A DNA stretch of 64,000 nt from an uncultured bacterium (GTDB taxonomy: Bacteria; Fidelibacterota; Marinisomatia; Marinisomatales; UBA1611). Location of the stretch: assembly GCA_913020665.1 (NCBI GenBank), contig CAJVZI010000004.1, forward strand, positions 855 through 64,854. The letters run 5' to 3'. Below, one piece after another: positions 1 through 10,166 of the stretch. A program made the translations under genes and the position numbers. Each line of letters opens with the position of its first letter. The first letter of the stretch is position 1. The notes beneath the pieces were generated by a model, which was not told the DNA's origin, searched no databases, and saw only the letters and a list, made by a program, of their open reading frames with translations.

Positions 1-72
1 GATTCAGCAGTAAAAAGAACAAAATATGTTGGTCTTAAAAGAAATATAGACCAAAACTAAAAGGAGTCAAAA

Positions 73-735
73 ATGGCAAGAATTGGAGTGGTTTTAGCAG
101 GGTGCGGAGCTAATGATGGTGCAGAGATCCATGAATCTGTCATTACACTTCTGGCTCTGGACAGAGCTGAAGCGGAGGTGGTGATCATGGCCCCAGATAT
201 GGACCAGTTCCATGTAATTAATCATTTTAATGGAAATACAATGGAACCGGCAAGAAATATATTAGTGGAAGCTTCAAGAATAGCAAGAGGTGATATTGTT
301 CCTGTTGGGACTGTTAAAGGCGAAGAACTGGATGGTCTGATCTTCCCGGGCGGTACAGGGATGTCAAAAAATATTTTTGATTATGCTATGACCGGTCCTG
401 ATTGTACTGTTATCAATGATGTGGAAAGATTGGTTCGTGAAATTATTGAATCAGGAAAACCTCTTGGAGCAATATGTATTGCACCTGTTATGGTCGCAAA
501 AGTGCTTCAGAATATGGAAAGATCTGGAAAATTAACTGGAGGATACAATGAGAGCATTACTAAAGATATTCAATCCATGGGGATTGATACAGAAGAGGTG
601 GGAGCAAAAGATATTGTAGTAGATCAAGAGAATAAGATCGTATCTACCCCAGCATATGTTGAAGCTGGTTCAATAAAAGAAACGGCTGAAGGAATAGAAA
701 AGCTTGTTAAAAAAATAATAGAATTGACAGCATAG
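73..735 (+). CDS. elbB: ElbB-like DJ-1/PfpI-superfamily protein (isoprenoid biosynthesis glyoxalase ElbB family)
   Basis: 220-aa ORF. The N-terminus MARIGVVLAGCGANDGAEIHESV and the GAICIAP elbow resemble the ElbB/DJ-1 family. AAGGAG lies 6 nt upstream of the ATG. Confidence 0.75.
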   Translation: MARIGVVLAGCGANDGAEIHESVITLLALDRAEAEVVIMAPDMDQFHVINHFNGNTMEPARNILVEASRIARGDIVPVGTVKGEELDGLIFPGGTGMSKNIFDYAMTGPDCTVINDVERLVREIIESGKPLGAICIAPVMVAKVLQNMERSGKLTGGYNESITKDIQSMGIDTEEVGAKDIVVDQENKIVSTPAYVEAGSIKETAEGIEKLVKKIIELTA

Positions 736-753
736 TGATTTAAAATACTTCAC

Positions 754-2013
754 TTAGTCTTGTTTGATTGTAATAGATCCATTATATACTTCAATATTTA
801 TTGGGACAGTACCACCGCCGACCATTCCTTCTCCTGTAACCTTTTTTTCATCAATATTAATTAATAATGGGATTTCAGAATTGAGATCTTTTTCAGAAGA
901 CGCTTGGTATATGGTGCTTTTAATATTCCCAGCTAGACCTTCTGGGATATTTATTATAGCATCGCCTAAATGTGTCTCCATGTGAATACTCTTTTCTTTA
1001 ATAAAGGAATCATAGATCAATTCTAGTTCAATATCACCGGCTGAAGTAAGGCAATCAACGCTACCTATTATTTTTTTCATATCAATATTACCAGATGATG
1101 CTTCACATGCCAATGAACCTACTAGTGAATCTATAATTATATGCCCTCCTGAGGTCATCAAGCTGATCTCACCGTCCAAATCTGAGACTTCAATATCACT
1201 TCCAGAACTTTTCATCGATATAATACCAGACATATTTTCACCTTTGATGGGACCGCCTGAAGTACGACAACCTATTTTTTCCCCTTCTATATTACTAAGG
1301 TTTATCGACCCTCCAGTCACCTGTACATCTGTGGTTCCATTTACTTGATCCAAATCAATATTTCCCCCTATAGATGACAAGTATATCTCTCCTCTTAAAT
1401 CAATAACCCTTAGATCACTTCCAAGAGAATGGGCACGTATAATGCCTTCTGTATTTTTAATATTGATCTCACCACCATCAGTTATTGCATCTAATCGTCC
1501 TTTATATAATTCAATAGATATATCACCGCCTTTGGTCTCGAAGATCCCCTCACCGTTAATCCCATATATATCAATATCACCACCAATTAGTTTGATATTC
1601 AGATTTACATTTTTTGGAAATTCTAATTCGAATATACTTTCTATATGACCCCTATTTTGCGTTTTTTCTTCTCCCGAAATAATAACCAGCTCTTCATCTT
1701 CAGAATGAGTAATAAATGACCTGGCTAGTTTATGCACTTCTTCTATTTCACCCTCAGGTATTCCGTGTGCAATTCTGGTTATGATCAATTTTGCACCAGA
1801 ACCTTCATGACCTTTTAGTTTTATATTACCTGAAATATCTTCAACAGAAAGAGTGTATGAACCATCATCTGGTATTTGATCAAATCTATATGTTTGTTTA
1901 ATACGAGTAGATGAATTTCCACTATTTGTTATCTTTTTGGGCGCATAATAGCCATACAGATATGCTATAATCTGTATATAAAGTAGAATATAGATTTTTA
2001 TTTTATTTTTCAC
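754..2013 (-). CDS. DUF4097-like beta-strand repeat protein (putative adhesin), N-terminal membrane anchor
   Basis: 419-aa ORF with a hydrophobic N-terminus. More than 12 tandem ~17-20-aa units of the type GG(D/N/E)I.(I/L)....G (GGDIDIYGINGEG, GGDISIELYKGR, GGEINIKNTEG, GGNIDLDQVNG, GGSINLSNIEG ...). Confidence 0.6.
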   Translation of the reverse strand: MKNKIKIYILLYIQIIAYLYGYYAPKKITNSGNSSTRIKQTYRFDQIPDDGSYTLSVEDISGNIKLKGHEGSGAKLIITRIAHGIPEGEIEEVHKLARSFITHSEDEELVIISGEEKTQNRGHIESIFELEFPKNVNLNIKLIGGDIDIYGINGEGIFETKGGDISIELYKGRLDAITDGGEINIKNTEGIIRAHSLGSDLRVIDLRGEIYLSSIGGNIDLDQVNGTTDVQVTGGSINLSNIEGEKIGCRTSGGPIKGENMSGIISMKSSGSDIEVSDLDGEISLMTSGGHIIIDSLVGSLACEASSGNIDMKKIIGSVDCLTSAGDIELELIYDSFIKEKSIHMETHLGDAIINIPEGLAGNIKSTIYQASSEKDLNSEIPLLINIDEKKVTGEGMVGGGTVPINIEVYNGSITIKQD

Positions 2014-2045
2014 TTCTTATTTCAATTTACATCTGTATCATAAAC

Positions 2046-2074
2046 AAAAAAAGCCCCCTTAAAGGGAGCTTTTT
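2046..2074 (-). terminator. Rho-independent terminator downstream of mdh
   Basis: On the minus strand, AGCUCCCUUUAAGGGGGCU forms an imperfect hairpin followed by a U7 run. It sits 22 nt after the mdh stop. Confidence 0.6.
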
Positions 2075-2095
2075 ATAGTTTAAAATGACTAATAC

Positions 2096-3076
<981 letters not shown>

Positions 3077-3080
3077 ATGA

Positions 3081-3338
3081 TCAATCGCTAGAAACGACTG
3101 TAACAATTTTTCGATTGCGCCCTTTTCTTCCAAATTGGACTACGCCATCTGAAGTAGCAAATAGAGAATCATCATTTGCACGTTTTACATTCACTCCTGG
3201 ATGAAATTTGGTTCCACGCTGTTTTAGTATGATAGTTCCAGCAAGTATAGATTGTCCATCAGCAACTTTTAACCCAAGGTAACTTGGATTAGAATCACGT
3301 CCATTTCTTGAACTACCTTGCCCTTTTTTATGTGCCAT
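3081..3338 (-). CDS. rpmA: 50S ribosomal protein L27
   Basis: 85 aa; [24 protein letters not shown] is the canonical L27 N-terminus. Confidence 0.95.
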   Translation of the reverse strand: MAHKKGQGSSRNGRDSNPSYLGLKVADGQSILAGTIILKQRGTKFHPGVNVKRANDDSLFATSDGVVQFGRKGRNRKIVTVVSSD

Positions 3339-3341
3339 AAC

Positions 3342-3728
3342 TTATTCCTCTTCCTGTGATGATTTGTCAATAACAGGTTCTGCTTTTTTAGAAGCAGATT
3401 TTGCTTTGGGGGAAATAGATGCTTTGATCTTCTTTATCTCTAGATCTGTGAACCATTGACGGTGTCCATTTTTCCTTTGATATCCTTTGCGTCTTTTTTT
3501 CTTATAAACCAATATCTTTCGATCTCTCCCATGATCTATGATCGTGGCAGTAACTGAAGCGCCTGATACAGTAGGCGTACCGACCTCTGTATTTTTTCCA
3601 TCGCTAAAAAGAAGAACTTCATTAAAAGTTAGAGTGCTACCTTCGTCTCCACTTTGTTTAGGTACACGAACCCGTGCTCCTTCTGAAGCTTTATATTGTT
3701 TACCTGATATATTTATAATTGCATACAT
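3342..3728 (-). CDS. rplU: 50S ribosomal protein L21 (with lysine-rich C-terminal extension)
   Basis: 128 aa; MYAIINISGKQYKASEGARVRV is the canonical L21 start. It lies 3 nt upstream of rpmA. Confidence 0.95.
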   Translation of the reverse strand: MYAIINISGKQYKASEGARVRVPKQSGDEGSTLTFNEVLLFSDGKNTEVGTPTVSGASVTATIIDHGRDRKILVYKKKRRKGYQRKNGHRQWFTDLEIKKIKASISPKAKSASKKAEPVIDKSSQEEE

Positions 3729-3757
3729 AATTATTCCTGAAAAAGCCGGCGAATTTA

Positions 3758-5299
3758 CTAGGCAGGGTTATCCTTATCAAGGTTCATTTCTTCTGTTACG
3801 TTTACACCATCTTTTGTACGTATAAAAAGAAATTCATCTTGAGCTACGTCTAAATTTGATTTGATCTTAAGATGAACAAAATTTTGCCACATAAGCCCAC
3901 GTAAAATATGTTTTTTCTCTCCGCTAAGATATTCCGCATTGTGAGGATGGAGTTGTAACTCAAGTCTAAGAGATCGATGCTTACTTTTATACCTTCTTAG
4001 CCAATGATCAATTCTAGTGATCAAGGTTTCCTGAGAAATTATTCTTCCAGACCCATGACATGCAGGACACTCTTCACTCATTGAATCTAATAGACTTACT
4101 CTAATCCTCTGACGTGTCATTTCTAAAAGACCAAATTCTGTGATAGGTGCAACCGCAACTTTTGCCCGATCTTTTCTTAATTCTTTCCTTAATTCATGGT
4201 AAACCTTCTTTCGGTTTTCTTCAAATTTCATGTCAATAAAATCAATCACGATCAAACCAGATAGATCTCTTAGTCTTAATTGTCGCGCCACCTCTCTTGC
4301 AGCTTCAAGATTGATTTTCAATGAATTATCTTCATGCATTTTTTTACCTACAAATCGACCACTATTGACATCAACTACTACCATAGCTTCTGTTTTTTCA
4401 ATGATTAAATAGGCACCACTTTTAAGCCAAGCTTTGGGTCTCATAAGTTTTTCAATCTCAGACTCTATTCCAAAGCTTTCGAATAGTGGAGCTTTTAGTT
4501 TATAAAGTTCAAGACGATCGAGTAAGCTAGGAGAAATATCCTCTAAGTATTTTTGAGTTTTCTTAAAAAGCTTTTTAGAGTCAATGATAATTTTTTCTAC
4601 ATCAGGTGTTAATAGATCGCGGACAACGCTTGAAGCAGTCTCTAAATCTTCATACACAAGGACTGGCGCATTATCACTATTTGCTCTCTGCTCTATTTTA
4701 TTCCAATTATCAATTAATTGTTTATAGTCATTTTCAATATGCTCCTCGGATTTTCCTTCAGCGACTGTTCGTATAATAACACCAATATTATTTGTCCGAA
4801 GTTTTTGCGCTATCTTCTTTAATCTGCGTCGCTCGAATTTATCCCATATTTTTTTTGAGATTCCAATATAGCTAGCATTTGGGACAAGGACTAGGAGTCT
4901 TCCTGGCAATGCGACTTCAGTGGTTACACGGGGACCTTTGCCAGCGAATGGTTCTTTAATGACTTGTACATAAATTTCTTGATCTTTTTTGAGGTCGACC
5001 TCGATGTTATCATATTTGCCATTCTTATTGTTTCGGTTTCGCTTACCTTCATTTTCTTCTATGAGATATTCATCAGAGCCTATTTCAGAAAATGGTAGAA
5101 AAGCATTTAACTCATATCCTACGTCCACAAATGCAGCTTGCATACCAGGGAGCACATTTTCAACCTTACCCTTATATACATTTCCAACCATTCGATGGTT
5201 ATCCTGCTTTTCAATATACACCTCTACTAATTGATTGTCTTCTTGAATAGCTATTCGGCTCTCACCCATGCTTTCATTGATAAAAATTTCTTTATGCAT
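3758..5299 (-). CDS. rng: Rne/Rng-family ribonuclease (RNase G-like)
   Basis: 513 aa. S1 domain (VGNVYKGKVENVLPGMQAAFVDVG), DNase-I-like region (VVVDVNSG) and Zn-link CPACHGSGRI. Confidence 0.85.
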   Translation of the reverse strand: MHKEIFINESMGESRIAIQEDNQLVEVYIEKQDNHRMVGNVYKGKVENVLPGMQAAFVDVGYELNAFLPFSEIGSDEYLIEENEGKRNRNNKNGKYDNIEVDLKKDQEIYVQVIKEPFAGKGPRVTTEVALPGRLLVLVPNASYIGISKKIWDKFERRRLKKIAQKLRTNNIGVIIRTVAEGKSEEHIENDYKQLIDNWNKIEQRANSDNAPVLVYEDLETASSVVRDLLTPDVEKIIIDSKKLFKKTQKYLEDISPSLLDRLELYKLKAPLFESFGIESEIEKLMRPKAWLKSGAYLIIEKTEAMVVVDVNSGRFVGKKMHEDNSLKINLEAAREVARQLRLRDLSGLIVIDFIDMKFEENRKKVYHELRKELRKDRAKVAVAPITEFGLLEMTRQRIRVSLLDSMSEECPACHGSGRIISQETLITRIDHWLRRYKSKHRSLRLELQLHPHNAEYLSGEKKHILRGLMWQNFVHLKIKSNLDVAQDEFLFIRTKDGVNVTEEMNLDKDNPA

Positions 5300-5601
5300 A
5301 GCTTACCTATATAGGTTTTCACACAGGTGTAAATAACCCTAGGATAGCTAACTAATTATCCAAAGGAAAACCTAACCTAGTGCAGGCTTCAATAGAAGCC
5401 AATATTATTATATGGGTTTTATAGAAGGAGGGAAAATTTTGGCCCTAAAAAGGGTGATATAAGTCGTGTAAAGTGCGTCAAAAAAATTATTGAAAACTTT
5501 GTCTTCCTTCAAATCCCAATTACTTGAAATTAAAGGATTTCTTTGATTCTATCAAAGGTTATAAACTCATAAGTTATTAACTGCATTAATAAAAATAAAA
5601 A

Positions 5602-6228
5602 ATGACATTGAACATATTAATTCGAATTTTTATATCATTTTATTCTATTCTAGCAATAGGTTTTTCAAGGTCAGAAAGTATAGCTCTATGCGTATCTGTA
5701 AGTGGGCAACTAGAGAGAAAAGGTCAAGTGAGAAATGGAATAATTCGGAAAGGTGATCCAATATATCATGGTGACAAGATAAAGGTGGAAGACAATGAGT
5801 CCCTTTCATTTATGACCATATACGGAAGGGATATAGTCGATATTTATGAGAATTCAGTTATCAAGATCGTTAATGATAAGAATAATAGAAATGACTTCTC
5901 TGAAATGGCTCTTTTTGGTGGAAAAGTTATCATCAAAATGGATGAGAATGATGATAGAAGTTTTATTTTAAATGCGCCTACTGCAATTATTATTGCTGAA
6001 GGTTCTCACTTTATCGCTGAATATAGAGATGAGCTTCTTTTTAATAATAATACCTACTCAGTTTTTACTGTACTTGATGGAAGAATAAAAGTCCAAAATG
6101 TTAGATCTGGTAAAATAATATATGCTGATAAAGGCGAAACCATTATATCAACACGAGATGGAAAGTTTCTAGCGCTAGATACATTCAAGAATAGTGCCAA
6201 GATCATTGAGCACTTAGAGATGCATTAA
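5602..6228 (+). CDS. Exported FecR-domain-like protein (LipL45-like), function unknown
   Basis: 208 aa with a hydrophobic N-terminus. FecR-like segments GDKIKVEDNESLSFMTIYG.., FILNAPTAIIIAEGSHFIAEY and VLDGRIKVQN. Confidence 0.45.
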   Translation: MTLNILIRIFISFYSILAIGFSRSESIALCVSVSGQLERKGQVRNGIIRKGDPIYHGDKIKVEDNESLSFMTIYGRDIVDIYENSVIKIVNDKNNRNDFSEMALFGGKVIIKMDENDDRSFILNAPTAIIIAEGSHFIAEYRDELLFNNNTYSVFTVLDGRIKVQNVRSGKIIYADKGETIISTRDGKFLALDTFKNSAKIIEHLEMH

Positions 6229-6231
6229 CAA

Positions 6232-6927
6232 ATGGATTTGGGCCATATTATAGCTATTGGTGGAGGTGGATTTGGTCGCAATCCTAAACATAATAAGATA
6301 GAAAAATATATTTTATCCCAAGTTGATAAGAAAAAGCCAAATATTGTTTTTATACCGACTGCAAGCGCAGAAGACAAAGCTTACATTGTAAATTTTTATT
6401 CTTGTTTTACAAGTTTAGACTGCAATCCTTCACATATTAACTTTTTCCAGCGAACTCCTAGACTAGATAGTGTCATAAATAAAGCTGACATCATATACGT
6501 GGGAGGAGGCAATACAAAAAGTATGCTAGCTGTTTGGAGGGAGTGGAAACTGGATAAATTATTACTAAAAGCATACAAAAGAGGTGCTGTTTTATCTGGA
6601 GTAAGCGCTGGTGCAATATGCTGGTTTGAACAGGGGATCACGGACTCTTGGGCAAGTAATCTTAACCCAATGGAATGCTTGGGATTTCTTGCTGGTATGG
6701 CATGTCCTCACTACCAAGAGGAGAAGGATCGCAGACCAAGCGTGCATGAAATGCTAAAAAAAGGGACCGCAATGTCAGGTTATGCAATAGATGGAGGTGC
6801 TGCAATTCATTTTAAAAATGGGAAATATTATAGATCACTTCAGTTTTATCCAGAATCTAATGTTTATCATGTTTCTATTAATGAGGGCTCTGTTAAAGAA
6901 GATCTCATGGATATGAAACATGTCTAA
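6232..6927 (+). CDS. Peptidase S51 / dipeptidase E-like (type 1 glutamine amidotransferase-like fold)
   Basis: 231 aa. VGGGNTKSML and GVSAGAICWF (nucleophile Ser) are typical of the peptidase E family. Confidence 0.7.
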   Translation: MDLGHIIAIGGGGFGRNPKHNKIEKYILSQVDKKKPNIVFIPTASAEDKAYIVNFYSCFTSLDCNPSHINFFQRTPRLDSVINKADIIYVGGGNTKSMLAVWREWKLDKLLLKAYKRGAVLSGVSAGAICWFEQGITDSWASNLNPMECLGFLAGMACPHYQEEKDRRPSVHEMLKKGTAMSGYAIDGGAAIHFKNGKYYRSLQFYPESNVYHVSINEGSVKEDLMDMKHV

Positions 6928-7056
6928 ATAGTTCAAACTATAGCTACCCTTCACAATCCTTTTAATCTCTTATTTTACTAATAAGGTTACAATTTTAACT
7001 AAATAAAATATAAATATTTAATATAATATTAATTAACGCTCAAACCGCTCATATTA

Positions 7057-7070
7057 GTTGCATATGTAAC
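7057..7070. promoter_or_regulatory. Candidate MarR operator (imperfect 14-bp palindrome GTTGCATATGTAAC)
   Basis: 6 of 7 half-site pairs are complementary. It is centred about 30 bp upstream of the marR ATG, inside a 166-bp AT-rich intergenic region. Confidence 0.3.
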
Positions 7071-7093
7071 CATAATTGTTATAATTTCTAATT

Positions 7094-7558
7094 ATGACGA
7101 AAGAAGCATCTCTAAAATTTCATATGAGTATGGGTATGCTAATAAACTCAGCACACCGTGCCATGACCAAAAGATTTGTTCAAAATGCAATGAAATCTGG
7201 ATTAGATATTTCTCTTGATCAGTGGATGGTCCTGGGCCCTATTTGGCAATTAGAATCTGCTTCTCAAAAAGAGTTGGGAGAAATAACTCTTAAGGACAAG
7301 ACAAGTATAACCAGGTTAGTTGATATACTAGAAAAAAAGAATCTTGTTGTCAGAGTAGAAGACCAGATCGATCATAGAATTAAGCGAGTAATACTAACCA
7401 ATGCTGGTAAACAATTATTTTTTGATGTTTTACCAATTATGGAAAAAACCAGAGAAGAGGTAAGAAAAGATATTTCTGACCAAGATATAGAAACATTTAA
7501 AAAAGTTCTTTCTAGTATAATAGTGAATCTTGAAGATGAAAAAGATAAACCATCATAA
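7094..7558 (+). CDS. MarR-family transcriptional regulator
   Basis: 154 aa. Winged-helix pattern SQKELGEITLKDKTSITRLVDILEKKNLVVR..DHRIKRVILT. Confidence 0.8.
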   Translation: MTKEASLKFHMSMGMLINSAHRAMTKRFVQNAMKSGLDISLDQWMVLGPIWQLESASQKELGEITLKDKTSITRLVDILEKKNLVVRVEDQIDHRIKRVILTNAGKQLFFDVLPIMEKTREEVRKDISDQDIETFKKVLSSIIVNLEDEKDKPS

Positions 7559-9023
7559 GCAAAGACCACTTTTCTTTTATTCGAACCTATTTTTTATTTT
7601 GTTCTTTGGTTGTGTTGGAAAGCAAGAAGTTCGTGTTGATAGTTTAGATATTTCAATACCTGATTCATGGGTGGCGCCACTTCCAGCAAGCCAAGAGGTC
7701 TCTGGCGATTGGTGGTCTGTGTTCGAGGATCCAGTTCTTGATACTTTTCTTGTGCAGTTGAGATCTAATAGCCCGGATATGAAAACCATTGTTCAAAATC
7801 AAAGAAAAGCGCTCTACAATGCAAAGATAAATGGCGCAGCTATTTATCCATCTTTTAATATGCTAGCAAGAGCTGATACCAATGTGCAAAATCTATCAGG
7901 TTTTGGATTTGCAGAATCATTCTTAAACACAGGCGATGGTTCTGACTCTTCAAGCAGCGATCAGCCTTCGAATGATGTTCTTAGATTCGGTAATAAGAAT
8001 TTTAGCCTTGGATTAAACCTACAATGGGAAATTGATGTCTGGGGGCGATTATTAAATGGTCGCAAGGCTGCGTATAAAGATTATGAATCAGTCAATTATG
8101 ACTTATCATTTTTACAATTTTCGACTCTGATTCGAGGTGCGCAATTATTTTTTAACGCGAAAGAGGCTGCTGCTCAATTAGAGTTATCCAAAGAATCATA
8201 CCAGAGCCTGGTTGAGATAAGAGACCTTGTTAAAGAGCGATATGAAAAAGGTTTACGTCCTAGTCTTGACTATAGGTTATCAGAAACATCCGTATCAACT
8301 GCTATTGTTTCGATAGAAAATAGAAAAAATCTTCTCAGGTCATTAAATAGGCAAATTGAGACTCTCATAGGCAAATATCCATCAGGTATATTCGTTAAAG
8401 AACCAAATTTGCCAAATGTTTTACCATCAGCCTCGCTGGCGATACCAGCATCTGTAATTGAAAGAAGGCCAGACGTGCGCAGTCTGGTTTTAAAGTTGGA
8501 GGCTGCAGGCCACAGGGTTGCACAATCAAAAAGAGATCTACTACCAGGAATTACACTAAACGGTTCAGTTGGAACCTCAACGCAAGAAATTGAAAAGATT
8601 TTTGATAAGGATCATGGTGTATGGAATCTTGGTGTCAATGTTGCTGCGCCACTATTTAATGGTGGGCGCTTAAGATCGATCAGTAAAATTCAAGAGTCAA
8701 ACTATGAAACTGCAAAACAAGAACTTGTCAAAGGTATACTTAATGCTTTCTCTGAGATAGAACAACTATTGGAGCAGAATCAGTCTCTGTCCATACAGAA
8801 TAATGCCTTAGAGGTAGCGTTAAAGCAGTCAAAAGATGCATATGAGCTTTCCAAAGAGAGATATGATAAAGGTGTCACAACATTAGAATCAGTTTTAAAT
8901 AGTCAGAGGCAATACAATTCCATTCAATCACAATATCTTACAATACGTAAGTATTCAATTGAAAATAGACTTTCATTGATATTGGCCATGGGTGGTGACT
9001 TTGAATTTGATGTCGCAGAATAA
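7536..9023 (+). CDS. Efflux outer-membrane factor lipoprotein (TolC/NodT family)
   Basis: The ORF opens at a TTG at 7530, and the first ATG is at 7536. Lipobox LFFGC. Two TolC-type repeats. It overlaps the marR 3' end by about 23 nt. Confidence 0.8.
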   Translation: MKKINHHKQRPLFFYSNLFFILFFGCVGKQEVRVDSLDISIPDSWVAPLPASQEVSGDWWSVFEDPVLDTFLVQLRSNSPDMKTIVQNQRKALYNAKINGAAIYPSFNMLARADTNVQNLSGFGFAESFLNTGDGSDSSSSDQPSNDVLRFGNKNFSLGLNLQWEIDVWGRLLNGRKAAYKDYESVNYDLSFLQFSTLIRGAQLFFNAKEAAAQLELSKESYQSLVEIRDLVKERYEKGLRPSLDYRLSETSVSTAIVSIENRKNLLRSLNRQIETLIGKYPSGIFVKEPNLPNVLPSASLAIPASVIERRPDVRSLVLKLEAAGHRVAQSKRDLLPGITLNGSVGTSTQEIEKIFDKDHGVWNLGVNVAAPLFNGGRLRSISKIQESNYETAKQELVKGILNAFSEIEQLLEQNQSLSIQNNALEVALKQSKDAYELSKERYDKGVTTLESVLNSQRQYNSIQSQYLTIRKYSIENRLSLILAMGGDFEFDVAE

Positions 9024-9039
9024 CTAATTAGAGAAAAAA

Positions 9040-10161
9040 ATGAAAAAATACTACGGTCCGGGATTTTTAATATTGTCTATACTTTTGGCTTTTTTGATGA
9101 TAATGAACAAACCAACAGCAGTTATGGAGGAAAAGGATGAAAAAATTCCATACGTAAAAACACAAATGTTAATACCTCAGACAATTAATGCTCAAATATC
9201 ATCCCAAGGATTCATAAAACCCAAATCAGAGTTAAATCTACTATCTCAGTTAAATGCAAGGGTCGAATGGGTCTCAGAAAAAATGGAGGAAGGGTCGAGT
9301 TTCAACCTAGGCGATACACTCATAAGGCTCGACCGACGAGATTATGAACTAGCACTGATAACCGCAGAAGCAAATGTTTTGAATGCAGAAGTGAATTTAG
9401 AAAGGGAAAAAGCGGAATCAGATCTTGCATCTAAAGAGTGGAATCGTGTTAAGGGCGGAACAGGTAGCGCGCTTGCGCTAAGGAAGCCACAACTTGCACA
9501 GGCAAAAGCTACGTTGGAAGCGGCAAGAGCAAACCTGGAAAGGGCACGAAGGGACCTAGATAGAGCAACATTTATTGCTCCATTTGATGGAAGAGTTCGC
9601 TCAAAAAATACCGATATTGGTTCAACTGCATTCCTAGGCAGTATGCTTGGGAATATTTATTCTACAGATAACTTTGAGGTTCAACTACCAATTGCAGACC
9701 AAGATGTCAATTTTACAGGACTAGATTTCAATGGCCTTCAAATACCAAAACAAAAACAGTTGCAAGTATCTTTCAAATTTGGCGAGCAGATAATTAATGG
9801 TAAAGTAATCAGAGCAGAGGCAGAGATTGACCCAAAAACTAGAATGTTGTCTGTGATTGCTAGTATCAGTAAAAATGAAGACAGAGAAGATCACCTTGTA
9901 CTTGTTGGTCAATATGTACAAGCTACAATCTATGGCACTAAGGTTAATAATGTTTGGGTTATCCCTAGAAATAATATTAGAAATGACTTTCTATGGGTTG
10001 TCGATTCAAATATGGAATTAATGAAAAGACCAGTAAATGTATTAAGATATGAAAATGAATATGCCCTTGTAAGTGAAGGTATAGAAAAAGGCGACAGACT
10101 ATTGCTTTCAAGGCTATCATCTCTGATCAATGGCCAAAAAGTAACTTACAGCATCGACTAA
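9040..10161 (+). CDS. Efflux RND periplasmic adaptor (membrane fusion protein, HlyD family)
   Basis: 373 aa with an N-terminal anchor. Coiled-coil hairpin (LEAARANLERARRDLDRATFIAPFDGRV). Confidence 0.8.
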   Translation: MKKYYGPGFLILSILLAFLMIMNKPTAVMEEKDEKIPYVKTQMLIPQTINAQISSQGFIKPKSELNLLSQLNARVEWVSEKMEEGSSFNLGDTLIRLDRRDYELALITAEANVLNAEVNLEREKAESDLASKEWNRVKGGTGSALALRKPQLAQAKATLEAARANLERARRDLDRATFIAPFDGRVRSKNTDIGSTAFLGSMLGNIYSTDNFEVQLPIADQDVNFTGLDFNGLQIPKQKQLQVSFKFGEQIINGKVIRAEAEIDPKTRMLSVIASISKNEDREDHLVLVGQYVQATIYGTKVNNVWVIPRNNIRNDFLWVVDSNMELMKRPVNVLRYENEYALVSEGIEKGDRLLLSRLSSLINGQKVTYSID

Positions 10162-10166
10162 TCAAT

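Noticed and set aside
7080-7085. A TATAAT hexamer 8 nt upstream of the marR ATG, considered as a -10 box.
   Set aside because: Such hexamers are frequent by chance in this AT-rich spacer. It would imply a nearly leaderless mRNA, and there is no supporting -35.
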